From contig JALAGF010005819.1 in assembly GCA_030167865.1 (NCBI GenBank), positions 1 to 44,368 on the forward strand: a stretch of DNA of 44,368 nucleotides. Reading direction: 5' to 3'. Shown here one piece after another: positions 24,166-35,735 of this stretch. The position numbers and the translations under genes were made by a program. The stretch's first letter is position 1. The number at the start of each line of letters is the position of its first letter. Below the pieces are notes generated by a model that was not told where the DNA came from, ran no database searches, and saw only the letters and a program-made list of their open reading frames with translations. The stretch comes from Craspedostauros australis (lineage: Eukaryota).

Positions 24166-26140
24166 TCACAACTCCCCTGTGCCATCGGTGGATTCCGGAG
24201 CCAGAGTGATCACCTTCTCGAACCAAAAGCCGACGGCAATCATGCAGTACGTTGTGATCAGCAACGATCCTTCCAACCAGTTGCTTCGGGGAGTTGCGAG
24301 GCACACGGAGACAGTGAAGACGGAGAGGATGTAGAGGATGATCTCGAAGTGCGGGAAGTTGAGGTTCATTGGCCTGTCGACCATCCATCCCACCAGCACG
24401 GTCAACGGGACGACGAAGAGCGAAATTTGAGTGCAAGATCCCACGGCGACTGTTGTTTGGGATTGGAGATGGCAGAATCGATATGTATGGCGTGAATACA
24501 TTGGCGTGGATACATTGGCGTGGATACATTGGCGTGGATACATTGGTATGGATGTCCGCAGGGTTTGGATGCATGAGCGGATGGATGAACGTGAAGAATG
24601 TGTGTGAGAGTGTGAGTATAAGTGGGCAGACACTTGGCCGTGGATCAAGACAATGCAGTGTCCAATGACGCCGTGAAAGATGGTTGCGCAAGGTTGCACA
24701 CTTCGAACCACTTGACTGCACGCTGATGTTCAACTTACCTCCCATGGCGAGATCCATCTTGTCCTTCATGGCAACGGAGATGGCCGTGATGTGCTCGACG
24801 GCATTCCCCACTATGGGGAGGATGATCAAACCAACGAATGTTCGACTGACGCCGGACTGGTCGCAGTACCCATCGATGCTGTCCACCAGGAACTCGGAGA
24901 AGAATGTGACCAGCAGGGTGGAGATCAAAAGGCCGAGCATGGCCACGTTCAGGGAAATGGAGGCCGCCTCATCATCTTCGTCAGGAACGGCACCGGATTC
25001 AGCCGCGGCGGGGGTGGCGCCGTTGGCTTCTCCGTCATCGTGCGAGACTTCCTTCGTGTGTTCGGATCCTTCCCCTTCCTCCTCGAAGACGTGGGCGTGA
25101 GTCTTGAGCTGGAAGACGAGCAGCTGGATGTACATGAGCATGAGGAAGATGGCGGCAGCACGCGAGATGGTGAGGACGGACTCATCGTCGACCTTGTAGT
25201 ACTGCGCGAAGGGCGTTGGCAGGACGAATGCGATGCTGCTGAGCGCCAGCAAAGCCATGTTGGCGGTGGCGACGGTTGAATTGAAGGACTGCTCTGTGTA
25301 GCGGAGACCCCCGAAGAAGAAGCAGCAGCCCAGGACGAGAAGGAGGTTGGAGAAGATGGAGCCGATCATGGAGGCCTGCACGACGCGTATCTCGTTGGCC
25401 AGGAGGGCCTGGATGGCCACGACGACCTCCACGGCGTTTCCGAAGGTGGCGTTGACCAAACCGCCGATGGTCTCGTTGGTGTGAAGGGCGAGCTCCTCCG
25501 TGAAGTCTCCCAGGATGGCCGCGAGCGGGACCATGACGAAGAAGTTGAGCCAGAAGATCCAGGTGGGGCTCCATTGGTGCGTGGATGCCCACCAGGCCAA
25601 GGGCATGAGGGCCAGGAAGACGGAGATGGGCTTGCCAAGGATGATGATCTTGAGGGCCTCAGCCGTGGTCGGCGCCTCGTAGGGCAGGTACTCGTCCTCG
25701 AAGATGGTGCCCGAGCCGCTGGCCCCGGACGCCACGAGAGGGTCGTTGGCCGCCTTCATCAAGCTGGTGCGCTCGCTGGCCTGCTCCGCAAGCGACTCGA
25801 CGCGGAACTCCCTGCCGCTGGTGTTGTTGCGCTCGTGCGATGCCGCCCGCATGAGACGAGCTCGACGGGCTTGGACGAGCCACTTCCTCGCGGCCAGCTT
25901 GGCGTCGATGGCGCCCATGCTGCCCTCGCGTTTCGTCTGGGAGCTGATGGGCTGAGGAGCAAAGTCCCGCGGTGATTGCGCTGTGTGCATGGTCTGGCTC
26001 ATCATGTCATTGGCGAAGCGAGAGTTGCGCTCGCTTTCCACGTGGTAGCTGAGCGAGAGACCTCTGTCTCCGGTGGACGCCTGTCGAGGTGAACGGTTGT
26101 TGATGGCGAGGATGCTGCTGTCGACACTTCTGGTACTCAT
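24166..26140 (-). CDS. CAX: Ca2+/H+ exchanger (CaCA superfamily, CAX/VCX1 type), 2 exons, 561 aa
   Basis: Exons 26140-24739 and 24449-24166 (G|TC). Alpha-1 repeat GGLVNATFGNAVE, alpha-2 repeat LPIVGNAVEH, KDKMDLAMGVAVGSCTQI and SNWLEG. It has an acidic central loop and a long hydrophilic N-terminus. Confidence 0.93.
24488..24553. repeat. 14-bp minisatellite (TACATTGGCGTGGA, ~4.5 copies) in the CAX intron
   Basis: Three exact copies plus degenerate flanks are visible directly. Confidence 0.85.
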
Positions 26141-26209
26141 CAAGGGCGATCCGAATGCTCTTGTGGAGGCTGGGAGAAGGTGTCCTCTGCTGTGGATACG
26201 GATATGAGA

Positions 26210-26246
26210 ACGGGAACGGATACGGATACGGATACGGATACGGATA
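26210..26246. repeat. (ACGGAT)n microsatellite upstream of CAX
   Basis: acgggaacggatacggatacggatacggatacggata. Confidence 0.8.
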
Positions 26247-27507
26247 AGAGTAGTGCTAAGAGATCCTAGCTTGCTGAGTGCTCTACTGCTATGTATAATA
26301 GTTGTATCTTCTTGTGCTTCTGTGACGGTGGCTGTGGCTGTGGAGTGCTGCGGCTCGTGCTTAGTCTTGATCAGTGGCGGGGATGCGGCTGCGTTGGGTT
26401 TGGCCCTTGGTGATCAACGAGGTGTGTGGACGATTGGGGGAAGAGGACTGGCCTGTCGGGGGGGGGCAGATGGCGGTCGTGGAGAGGTGCGCTGTGCGAG
26501 TTGCGAACGAGGATGCGCTGTTTGTGGTGTTTTTGTACCAAACGGACACGAGAAGTGCATCTTGGCGTAATTGCGCCCGTCGCTATTGTCGGTGCGAGAG
26601 AATCGCTCCGAACCGAACAACTAATCTTGCGGGCAGTTCACAGCCCAATTCTGTGATGTGTCGCGCCGGCCGTGCCCAAAACGGTTCGAAGACATGATCA
26701 TCGGAGGATTCATCCCTGTTCCATCGAGTTGAGTCCCGAACACTGAAGCGACATGTGAATGTCTCTATGACACTAAACGGACACGAAAACGCCTACACAA
26801 GACTCATCCGTGACAGGTGCTTCTTGGATTTCTTCGACTCTTTTTGCGTTCGTGCCACGACAACTCGTGAGGTATCTCAAGCAATGTAGAGTGGAGTGGA
26901 AGCAACCGCTTCTGTTTCATTTCGAATCCACGTGAAGTGGCTCCCTGATCGTTGGAACCTGTGGAATGTTTGGCTGTTACGGATGGTTCGTGACAGGATG
27001 ACATATGTGCGAATCCATAATTCGACCAATCGTTTGTTGAATCATGAGTTAGTAGTTTGAATCGTTCGACGAGTGAAGCAGGGCTGTTTGTGATCTATTT
27101 TCGTTCAATTGTGTATGGCCGCCGTCCAGACCAAATATTTTCTCATTAATTTGCGTGCTTCGAATAACCAGACCAAACAACAGAATCCAGAACCAAAACA
27201 CAGAAAACAAGACGAGACAACACACGGAATTGAGCGCGCTGTATGCACACAGGAAGCACAGGAAGGTGGAACGACACACCCACAGATCCATCCCACAAGA
27301 AGCACATCACTGCCCATTGCTCACTTTCCACAACAACATTCAAACACCAAGCCAACGAGTCGAGCAAACACCCCCATCGTGGACAACAGCAGCAGCGCGG
27401 TCGGAAACACCAGTCTTATTCTGAAGCAGAAGTACACACAGAAAGATAGGAAGAACAAAATCCGCCGATTCCCAACAGGCAAGCAAAGCGGAGTGCAGAC
27501 AATCAAG

Positions 27508-28161
27508 ATGGCAGTAAGTTGGATGCGATACTAATACGCATGCGCGATTTCATCTGATCACAGCAGCTTGGACCTTGGACTTTGATGGGACACGCTGTCT
27601 CCGTGCACATATTGCACACGGAACGCTCCGTCATCGAATGTAATACCAACACACAGATCATGATCGCAGGGAAGACGCCGCTGTCAGTCGGCTCAATGGC
27701 AGCCACAAAGGCGACATGAAATCGCCACAAACTCTCCAATCTCACTCCATCGACATACTCCCTGCCCCTCCCCTCTGTGGCATTCGTATTCGGATTCCTC
27801 TGTGTTCCACTCGTACCATGCCACACAATCGACATGCGACCACACGCAATGACAGGAGACGAATTCAGTCGCAGAATTGGAGGCCCGCGTCAAGGCGCTG
27901 GAGGATGGTGCCAAGTACGATGCAACCCAAGTCGTGCTGAAGCAACGTGAAGAAGAGCATCTGTTGCAACTTCGTGCGATCAAGGAAGCAATGCTTGCAG
28001 AAAAGAACGCGGGCGGCGGAGCCAGCAGCGAAGAAGCGGAGCAACTCAAGGCGGAGAACGCAAAATTGAAAGCACTGGTGACGAAGCAGGAATATCGCAT
28101 CAAGCACCTGATCAATGGCTTTCAGCGGGCCTTGGATGAGAAGGCCGCAATGAAGGCGTAG
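27508..28161 (+). CDS. Small coiled-coil protein, 103 aa, with only 6 coding nt in exon 1
   Basis: AAG-ATG-GCA|GTAAGT at 27508-27513 and acceptor GACAG|GAG at 27856, in frame with ORF 27877-28161. Product: MAETNSVAELEARVKALE…AEQLKAENAKLKALVTKQEYRIKHLI…. Confidence 0.75.
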
Positions 28162-29417
28162 ATTAGACTAGAGAAGAAGGAGGATACTCGATTGGAGTGG
28201 GAGACGTGATGTGGCAAGGATGGGCTTGATGGCTTCGTTGAATGATGATGATGATTGTGATGATGATGAAATGGTCAACGCGGCATGGGAAGCACGGATG
28301 TTGAACCGTCACATGCATACAACGCCATAGCGAGCCATGCTGTAATAGAAACAGGTCGTGGAACCACGGAGAAGAAGGAACAGAAGACAGTCGCACCCCA
28401 ACCAAACGCATTGTGCCATACGAGATCAATTTGTAGAGTACGGCATTGTATGGCGTCATAAATGCGGAACATGAACTTGGTCTCGAATTACCGCCCTGTG
28501 TCCTTTCCGCCATACTCTGTATCAGTGCCGTGCGACCTATGGAGGTATCCATGTTGCTTGTCGTCGATGAGTGCCGTGAAGAAGCTCGTTGGGTGGCAGA
28601 GTCTTGTGGACCTCCTACTCTCTTCCTTGTGGATGCATAGTAGTAGATCGTACGGCCAATCGTGCCTTGCCCGCAGGAAAGAGAATGTCATAGTACTCGT
28701 GATTGGAGTTTCGCCACGAACCGAAATGTGCCAAGGCATTTTTTGTCGTGTCCACAAGAGAGTCTGTTCATCTCTTTGGAGCATCCCAACACGACCAAAG
28801 TGCCACCAACAACCAGCGTCTTTTGTGCGAGGGCCTCTGCCTCTCTTGCGGGAAGGACTGCCATTTGCTGTTCCTGTCGTTGTCGTTGCTGCCATTCTCT
28901 CCGCTGACAAACAGCTTCAACGAAGTTGACAGCAGACCACTGATCTATTATATTATTCTACATTATATTCTGCAACACCTCGCTATCTCTCTTGGCGTCG
29001 TTGTCTCCATTGCCATCGACAAATACGTTATTGTGAAACAGACAAAGCATCCTGTTGCTGCCTTCGCCACTGGTTCTCCCCAACGTCTCCGATACTCTGT
29101 CGGACTCACGCTACGAATAGTCGTACGACTCCACTCGCACTCCAATCCATCTGGAGCGCTGTCCAACGGACTTGAGCACGTCGCAGGGCAGACTCTATTT
29201 CCACAAGCAACGGTGGTAGCAGCCCATTATCATCTGCGTGCATAACGAGGATCAGGTCATCGACGCTGAGACTGTACTATACTACGCGAGGACAGGCAAG
29301 CGGCGAACCACAAGGGCGTGTTCACTCATCAAGGCATTCAACGGCCGCAGCCACAGCCACAGCGGGAAGACAAGCGCAATCACAAACGCATATAATACAT
29401 ACGCACGCAGATACAAG

Positions 29418-30034
29418 ATGGGATTCGAGGCAGAGTACGCATGGTGGGAATACTTCATGATCCCATGGATCGCCGGGTTCGTGGGCTACGTCACCAACGT
29501 CCTGGCCTTGCAATTGACGTTCTATCCTCTCGAATTCGTTGGCATCGAGCTGTTCCGGCTGGAGAATGAGCCCTGGGGCATCATCGGCTGGCAGGGCATC
29601 ATCCCCACCAAGGCACGCAAGATGGCCTCCATCAGCTTCGATCTCATGACGCAGAAGCTGCTGTCCATCCACGATATCTTCGGTCAGCTCGATCCCGTCA
29701 AATTCTCCCAAGTCATGGAGGACCCCCTGCTGCTCATGATGGATTCCGTCATCAATGAAGTGGCCAACGAGTACATGCCGCAGGCCTGGAATCAGTTGCC
29801 CAAGGAAGTGCGTGACGACATCATCGTCACGGCCGATCGTGAAAGCCCGGCCTTCATGGCCGCCTTCATGAAGGACATGCAGGAACACGTGGAAGATGTG
29901 GTCGACATTAAGGAGCTCTGCGTCAATGCCTGCGTGGAGAACAAACATTTGCTGGTCAAAATGTGAGTGGACACCGTGTGGTTGTGATTGAATGCGTGGT
30001 CGCGGACTACTCTGCTCTGTTGTCCAAAACGGCG

Positions 30035-30068
<34 letters not shown>

Positions 30069-30934
30069 CGTTGGCAATGGAAATTCACCCATTCATTTGC
30101 TGTCTTTCTCACTGCTCTTCATCTCTCTAATTGTACACGTGTTGATTCATCACGTCCATGTTCGGACTTCCTTTTTGGGCGTGCTTCCACGCACTCGTGC
30201 GCTTACGCTCACGCTCACGCTCACAACAATCCAACAGCTTCCAAGAATGCGGAGACAAAGAATTCATCTTCATTCGACGATCCGGTTTCTACTTCGGCTT
30301 CCTCTTCGGTGTGCTACAGATGACTGTCTGGTTGTTCTACGATGCCGGTTGGATATTACCCGTTGCGGGCTTCCTGGTGGGATGGGTCACCAATTACATT
30401 GCGCTCAAGGTCATCTTTCAACCGCTGGAACCCAAGCAGATCCTGTGCTGGACGTTGCATGGCATCTTCCTAAAGCGACAAGTCGAGGTCTCCGAAACCT
30501 TCGCGCGCGTCATCTGCACGGAGATCCTCCACGTCAAGGCGATGTGGGACGCCATCTTCACGGGACGGCTGTCCAAGAACTTCTTCGCCATGCTGCGTGC
30601 GCACACGCTCGTCTTCACCGACAAGATGATTGCCGAAATCAAGCCCTTGGCCATCGCTGCGATGGGCGCGGACAAATTCAATCAGATGAAGGAGTCGATC
30701 GCGCAGAAGGTGCTCGAGAAGATCCCCGACGTCATCGACGCATCGTACGAATACACGCAGGAGGCGCTGGACATGGAGGCCACGATCCGCGTCAAGATGG
30801 CGCAGCTATCGTCATCCGATTTTGAGGGAGTCCTGCATCCGGCATTCCAGGAGGATGAAATTCAATTGATTGCGTTGGGCGGAGTGCTGGGTGCTGCTGT
30901 GGGCGTCATTCAGTTATTCACGTTATTCGGCTGA
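29418..30934 (+). CDS. DUF445/UPF0754 (YheB-like) membrane protein, 2 exons, 413 aa
   Basis: Exons 29418-29962 and 30238-30934 (AT|C). It has two copies of the G(Y/W)VTNxxAL..FxP…QGI/HGI motif and the C-terminal EDEIQLIALGGVLGAAVGVIQ. Confidence 0.8.
30034..30066. repeat. (GTT)11 intronic microsatellite
   Basis: Perfect GTT run inside intron 29963-30237. Confidence 0.9.
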
Positions 30935-31336
30935 GAGAGAGGATTGATCGATCTGTGCTTCAGCGGTTGTTATCTCTATCTCGAGACTATGACTTTCTTG
31001 TACAATTAGGCATGCATAAAGCGTAGAACAATTGGATTCTTCGACGAATTCACACAAAATAAAGTGTCGTAGTGTGGATAGAGTGCACTCACAACAGCAT
31101 ACTTTGCTGGCCTTGTCCGACGTCGAGTAGAAGTCTTCAGGTCGCTGCAGTAGAGCTTGTGTAAGCATATTCTTCTTCTTCTTCTCGAGAGAGATGCAGA
31201 ATAAGGGGAATCGCTAAATCATGATATTGTTGCGGTGGTGCTTCCGCTGATATGAATAAACATCACTGTTCACACTTGCATCCTGTCTCCGAGTACTCTC
31301 CCTCTCTCTCTTTCTAGAGCAGAGAATGGAGAACAT

Positions 31337-32731
31337 CTAGTACAGCTTTCTGGCACCGTTGGTGTCGTACTGTTCACCTGGAGTCTTGATGACGTTGCCA
31401 TCATCGTCGATGAACTCCGACTTTTGCTGCAGGACGAAGCGCTGGAAGAATTTGGAAAGGATGCGGTCGGTGGTCAAGAATTCCACGCTGCCGCCGTTCT
31501 CCTTGGTTGCGAGGATCTTTGGAACCAAATCGGCAGCAACCTCCTCTGGCTGGGCGGCCAGAACACCGAAGGGGAATTTGCGCAGCTCTGGTGTGGAATC
31601 ATCGAGAAGGAGCTTGGTGAAGACCATGCCTGGGGAGAGGTTGTGGACCTGGATCTTTCCCTGGGTCTCGCGCTTGTCGTATCCCTGAACACCTTCGTCC
31701 AACTCCTTGACGAGGGTCTCGGTGAGCTGTGGGAGACCGCGCTTGGTGGCACCGTAGCATGCATATCCTGGTGTGCCACCACCCTTGACGCCGGATCCGA
31801 CGGTGTTGAAGATGTGTCCGGTGACACCCTCCTGTGGATGTCGGAAATGACAGGAAGAGACGAAGATACGAGTCGAGTGGAAGAAGAGAAGAATAAAATG
31901 AGCACGGTGGAATCCATCGCAGAAATTACACGTGCACAAATTCATCGCATCTGGCGACGATGCAGAGCAATTCGTTTCATGCTCCAAAACAAGCCGGGAA
32001 GATCGGTACATTTCCAGCAGAGCTCAGCCAAGGCCACATCGACACAAGATGGAGCAGACTCGTAATACGCATGATGGAAACGATCATTCGTCAAGTTAGC
32101 CAGCCTGTCAGCCAACCACCCAGTGCACCAATTAAGTTTCTGAATACATGATGAATCCATTCGAACACACATGCCTTCGACCAGAACGCACCTGATTCTC
32201 CATGATGGACATGGCGACCTTGGTGCAGGCAAGGATTCCCAAAAGATTGACCTTGACGACGGCCTCGACCTGGGCCAGGCTGACCTCGCGCAAATCACGG
32301 CGTCCGCCGTTGATGCCGGCGTTGTTGATCCAGTAGTTGACAATGCCCATGTTCTTCTTGGCGAATTCACCGAGCTGCTCGACGGAGGCGGAGTCCGAGA
32401 CGTCGCATTTGGTGTGGTAGATGCGTCCTTGTGGGTGACGTTCGCGAAGGACATCGGCAGCGGTCGTGCAGTCCTGGATGTCGCAGATGACGACGTCGAA
32501 TCCGCGCTCCATGAATTCGCCAGCGTAGGCAAAGCCAACGCCGTTGGCTCCACCGGTGATCACGACACCACCAGCGGCATCGGGACGTGGGACGGGATCC
32601 TTGGTCTGCACCTGCGGAGTGGCTGGAGAGTTGTTGGACTTTTGGAAGTTGGCGAAGAATCCCTGTGGTGCGAAGGCACCGACTGCGTTCAGCAGGCCAG
32701 AAATCAGGAGGATGGCCAATGTTGACTTCAT
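31337..32731 (-). CDS. NOL: Plastid-targeted short-chain dehydrogenase/reductase, NYC1/NOL (chlorophyll b reductase)-like, 2 exons, 344 aa
   Basis: Exons 32731-32192 and 31831-31337. Presequence AVGA|FAP. Motifs: TGGANGVG, CDVSD, WINNAG, GHIFN, YGATKR (YxxxK) and VHNLSPGMVFTKLL, the pattern of plant NOL/NYC1. Confidence 0.85.
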
Positions 32732-33239
32732 AGTTGCGTCTTTGTACAGGGTACTATCCTCGTATTTGTGGATTTGGGGTGGAGCACAAGGTTGTTGTGG
32801 GGAGACATCTGTTGTTGGGCATCGTGGGGCATCGTGGGGCGTTGGTGTGTGTTGAAGATCGGTGGACAAAATGTGGTATGGATCAAACGGATCTGTCGAT
32901 GGTCATGGTCCATGCGTTTCTGTTGCGTTTTCGTCATCGGGAAGGCTTCTTCAACCAATCCGACGATCTTATTGGCTGACACGTGGAATGAAGATTCAAC
33001 ACGACTCGATTGCACATAATTTCTCGGGACTTGACATTTCTTTCTCACTCAAATATGATATCTACCTCATGTACCAAACGACAGTCTACCCCCAACTAAC
33101 AACTACGTGAACCTTTGTGTTGAGTAGAGTGCTCATAGCTTCCCTTGTCCCTTAATACAATACATTAAAATTGTGCTTGAGTGATTATTTGTTCATTTAT
33201 AATACAATGCATGGTCTATGCCTGACAGCGAATGTCACA

Positions 33240-35735
33240 TCACATTGCGGATGGCGATGCCACGGGATGCAATGGTGCCAAAATGGCTGCCACCAACGGT
33301 GTGGATGGTGCTTCCACATCGAGTGGCATCGGCGTTGCGGTCGCGGCCGTTTCCAGCGTCTCCATGGGTTGATCATCGAGCGATTTCGGACTTTGGTGCT
33401 GCAGCTGCTGCTGTGTTATCGTCGCGGTCGATTCGTCGGTGTCAGTCTGTTCCATGTCGGTCGAGTGGGCATCTTGTGACTCGGACTTTGCGTCGCGCGT
33501 ATCTTGTGGCGTCTCGCCATCGTTGCCACGGTTGGCTCCATCGTCGCCGTCATCGTGCTCGTACTGCATCTGGGTTGGCGGCATCATCTTGCCATCACTA
33601 CTGAGCTCTCTGTCCACGATGCTATCGATGGGAACATGGGGTGACAGTATTTGTGGCGCGGCTGCTGCATCGCCCTGTGCCGTGTGAACGAGATGACTTC
33701 CGCCTCTTAGCACGGAGTTTTCGTCTGAATACCCAATGCGTGACTTGTCGTACACGCGCAAGAATAGCTGCTGCTGCTGCTCGTGATCTGCATGATCCTG
33801 GCTGCGACCGCTGTGAGATGTTGTGTGGTTCGTTGCAGAACTGCTGTTTTGCTGAGTCGTCGATGCCTGCCGCTGCTGTGTTCCGCCCTGCTGTTGGTAA
33901 TCCCATCCAACTTGCAGTAACTCCTGAATGCCATCCTCGGTCAAGTATTGCGATTGCTTCCACGTCTGGTGCTGTTTCTGATTGTGCCTCATGGAATGCG
34001 CCGAAAGCACAAGCAGCGAAGTGGTCGAGATTGTGAAGATCATCAAGCCCAATCCGAACCACTCTCGCAATTCCCAATCGAATGCATCGATGCGATGCGC
34101 AAACGTGGCAAGTTGCAGATCATCTTCATTGGGAGGGTGTTCAGTGTGGCCACCACCGCTATCCGATGACACGTAGTCGCCTGAGTCCTTCGACGACACA
34201 AGTCGGCCCGGTCCGATGTCGCTTTCATCTTCAAGACCGAGGATAGAGACTGCGAGGACTGGGAAGTTACCGTCGCCCGCCGGGTCCAAGATGTACGCAT
34301 GACGGAGCTTGGAGTGCACGTACTCCTGTTCGATGGCGTCGTTGAGGACCCACGTACAGACATGGCTGATGTTGCCCAGCACATGCGCGTTGAGGATTCG
34401 CGCACCATTCAACCAGTAGGCTTCATAATCGATCTGGATGTGGTACCAGAAGTGTGAAGGTGCAGTCTCATTGCCAGCGGCGATGGCATTGTCGCCATGC
34501 GGGTTTTCAATAGCGACACCAGCATCGATGGTGACGCTATTGTTGCCATCGTCATAACTCGTTTGCTGGGTGTCAGGAAGAGACACGTTATCCGGATCTG
34601 GGACGAAGGGCGCAATGTCCATTTCTGTCTCTGTGTTGTTTGGGGGAAGAACGTAAAGGAAACGTCCACTTGTCTGGAGCGCATTCGATGTGGAGGATCG
34701 ATCATCTCCACCAATCTCAGGAGAATGCAACATGTTCGAGGAGAACGAAGCCGCCGACCGCGCTGTATTGGCGTCGCCGGCGCTGCGCAAACTCCTCCAC
34801 GCGTATGAACCTGCATCACGAGCAATGGTGGCAAAATTTCCCTCCGGTGCGAGTGCGGGATTGAGATAGGACGTCTCATGGACCAAGTTGGCAAGAGGAT
34901 CATGATGTCGTCCATCGTCCGAGGTGGATGGGATTGGTGGTCCGTTGTCATCGTCTTGCGGCCGGGTCCCTTTCAGTTGGACATGAAACGGCGATCGAGT
35001 TTCCAGCAACTTCGTGATGACTTGAGTCGACAACCGCAGCAGCTGTCTTTTGTCGTCAGTGGTAAGTTCGTTCGGTGATCCCTCCAGTGCCACACTGAAT
35101 ACGACAGCCGCATATGGTGGGAACAATGACTCTGTGTCGCCCTCATGATCAGGCTGGAGCATGGTGCTGTTGTCGTCGGTGCTGTTGTGCGTGCTGTCAT
35201 ATTCGATGAAGTCTTCGCATCCCGGCACCCGATGGATTCCTTTGTCACGGTACCACAAGCAGTCCTTGGGCCCAAGAGGTCCTCCGCCGCCTGGATACGG
35301 ACTTTGCTCATCCACACTGTTGCCGTTGGTTCTGCCATCTGTGCGGCCATCTGTGCGGCCATTGTGGTCTGACGATGATTTGGGCTCCTCATCTCTCGAT
35401 CGTTGCCGTGTTGATTCGAGCTGCCGTGTCTGCGTCCGCATTGCTTGCTCCAGCACCTGCAACTGTGACTTTGGCAGGTCTCCAGATAACTGATGCCGCC
35501 GCCACTGCTGCTGCTGTTGCTGCTGATCCTGCTGTTCACTGTTATTGTCATAACCATCTCCTTCATCACCATCGATAGCAGCTGCATCGTCCATGTCCAC
35601 CAGCAACGCCTGTCCATCATCCATCGGAATCTTCACAGCACGCACATCGCTGTTGGTCTGCCGTATTCGAACGGACGCTGCATCGGCACTAACGAACCCT
35701 GCCAACAGCAGGACTAACGAACGTATTCTGGGCAT
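33240..35735 (-). CDS. Uncharacterised type-I membrane protein, 831 aa
   Basis: Long ORF with likely start ATG at 35735 giving signal peptide MPRIRSLVLLLAGFVSADA. One TM segment (WFGLGLMIFTISTTSLLVLSA) and Q/D-rich low-complexity regions. Confidence 0.7.
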   Translation of the reverse strand: MPRIRSLVLLLAGFVSADAASVRIRQTNSDVRAVKIPMDDGQALLVDMDDAAAIDGDEGDGYDNNSEQQDQQQQQQQWRRHQLSGDLPKSQLQVLEQAMRTQTRQLESTRQRSRDEEPKSSSDHNGRTDGRTDGRTNGNSVDEQSPYPGGGGPLGPKDCLWYRDKGIHRVPGCEDFIEYDSTHNSTDDNSTMLQPDHEGDTESLFPPYAAVVFSVALEGSPNELTTDDKRQLLRLSTQVITKLLETRSPFHVQLKGTRPQDDDNGPPIPSTSDDGRHHDPLANLVHETSYLNPALAPEGNFATIARDAGSYAWRSLRSAGDANTARSAASFSSNMLHSPEIGGDDRSSTSNALQTSGRFLYVLPPNNTETEMDIAPFVPDPDNVSLPDTQQTSYDDGNNSVTIDAGVAIENPHGDNAIAAGNETAPSHFWYHIQIDYEAYWLNGARILNAHVLGNISHVCTWVLNDAIEQEYVHSKLRHAYILDPAGDGNFPVLAVSILGLEDESDIGPGRLVSSKDSGDYVSSDSGGGHTEHPPNEDDLQLATFAHRIDAFDWELREWFGLGLMIFTISTTSLLVLSAHSMRHNQKQHQTWKQSQYLTEDGIQELLQVGWDYQQQGGTQQRQASTTQQNSSSATNHTTSHSGRSQDHADHEQQQQLFLRVYDKSRIGYSDENSVLRGGSHLVHTAQGDAAAAPQILSPHVPIDSIVDRELSSDGKMMPPTQMQYEHDDGDDGANRGNDGETPQDTRDAKSESQDAHSTDMEQTDTDESTATITQQQLQHQSPKSLDDQPMETLETAATATPMPLDVEAPSTPLVAAILAPLHPVASPSAM

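Noticed and set aside
24488..24553. Regularly repeated 14-mer as a possible CRISPR array
   Set aside because: It has no spacers, is intronic, has no cas genes nearby, and lies in a eukaryotic context.
28488..28910. 140-aa minus-strand ORF
   Set aside because: It has no homology cue or coding-like composition.
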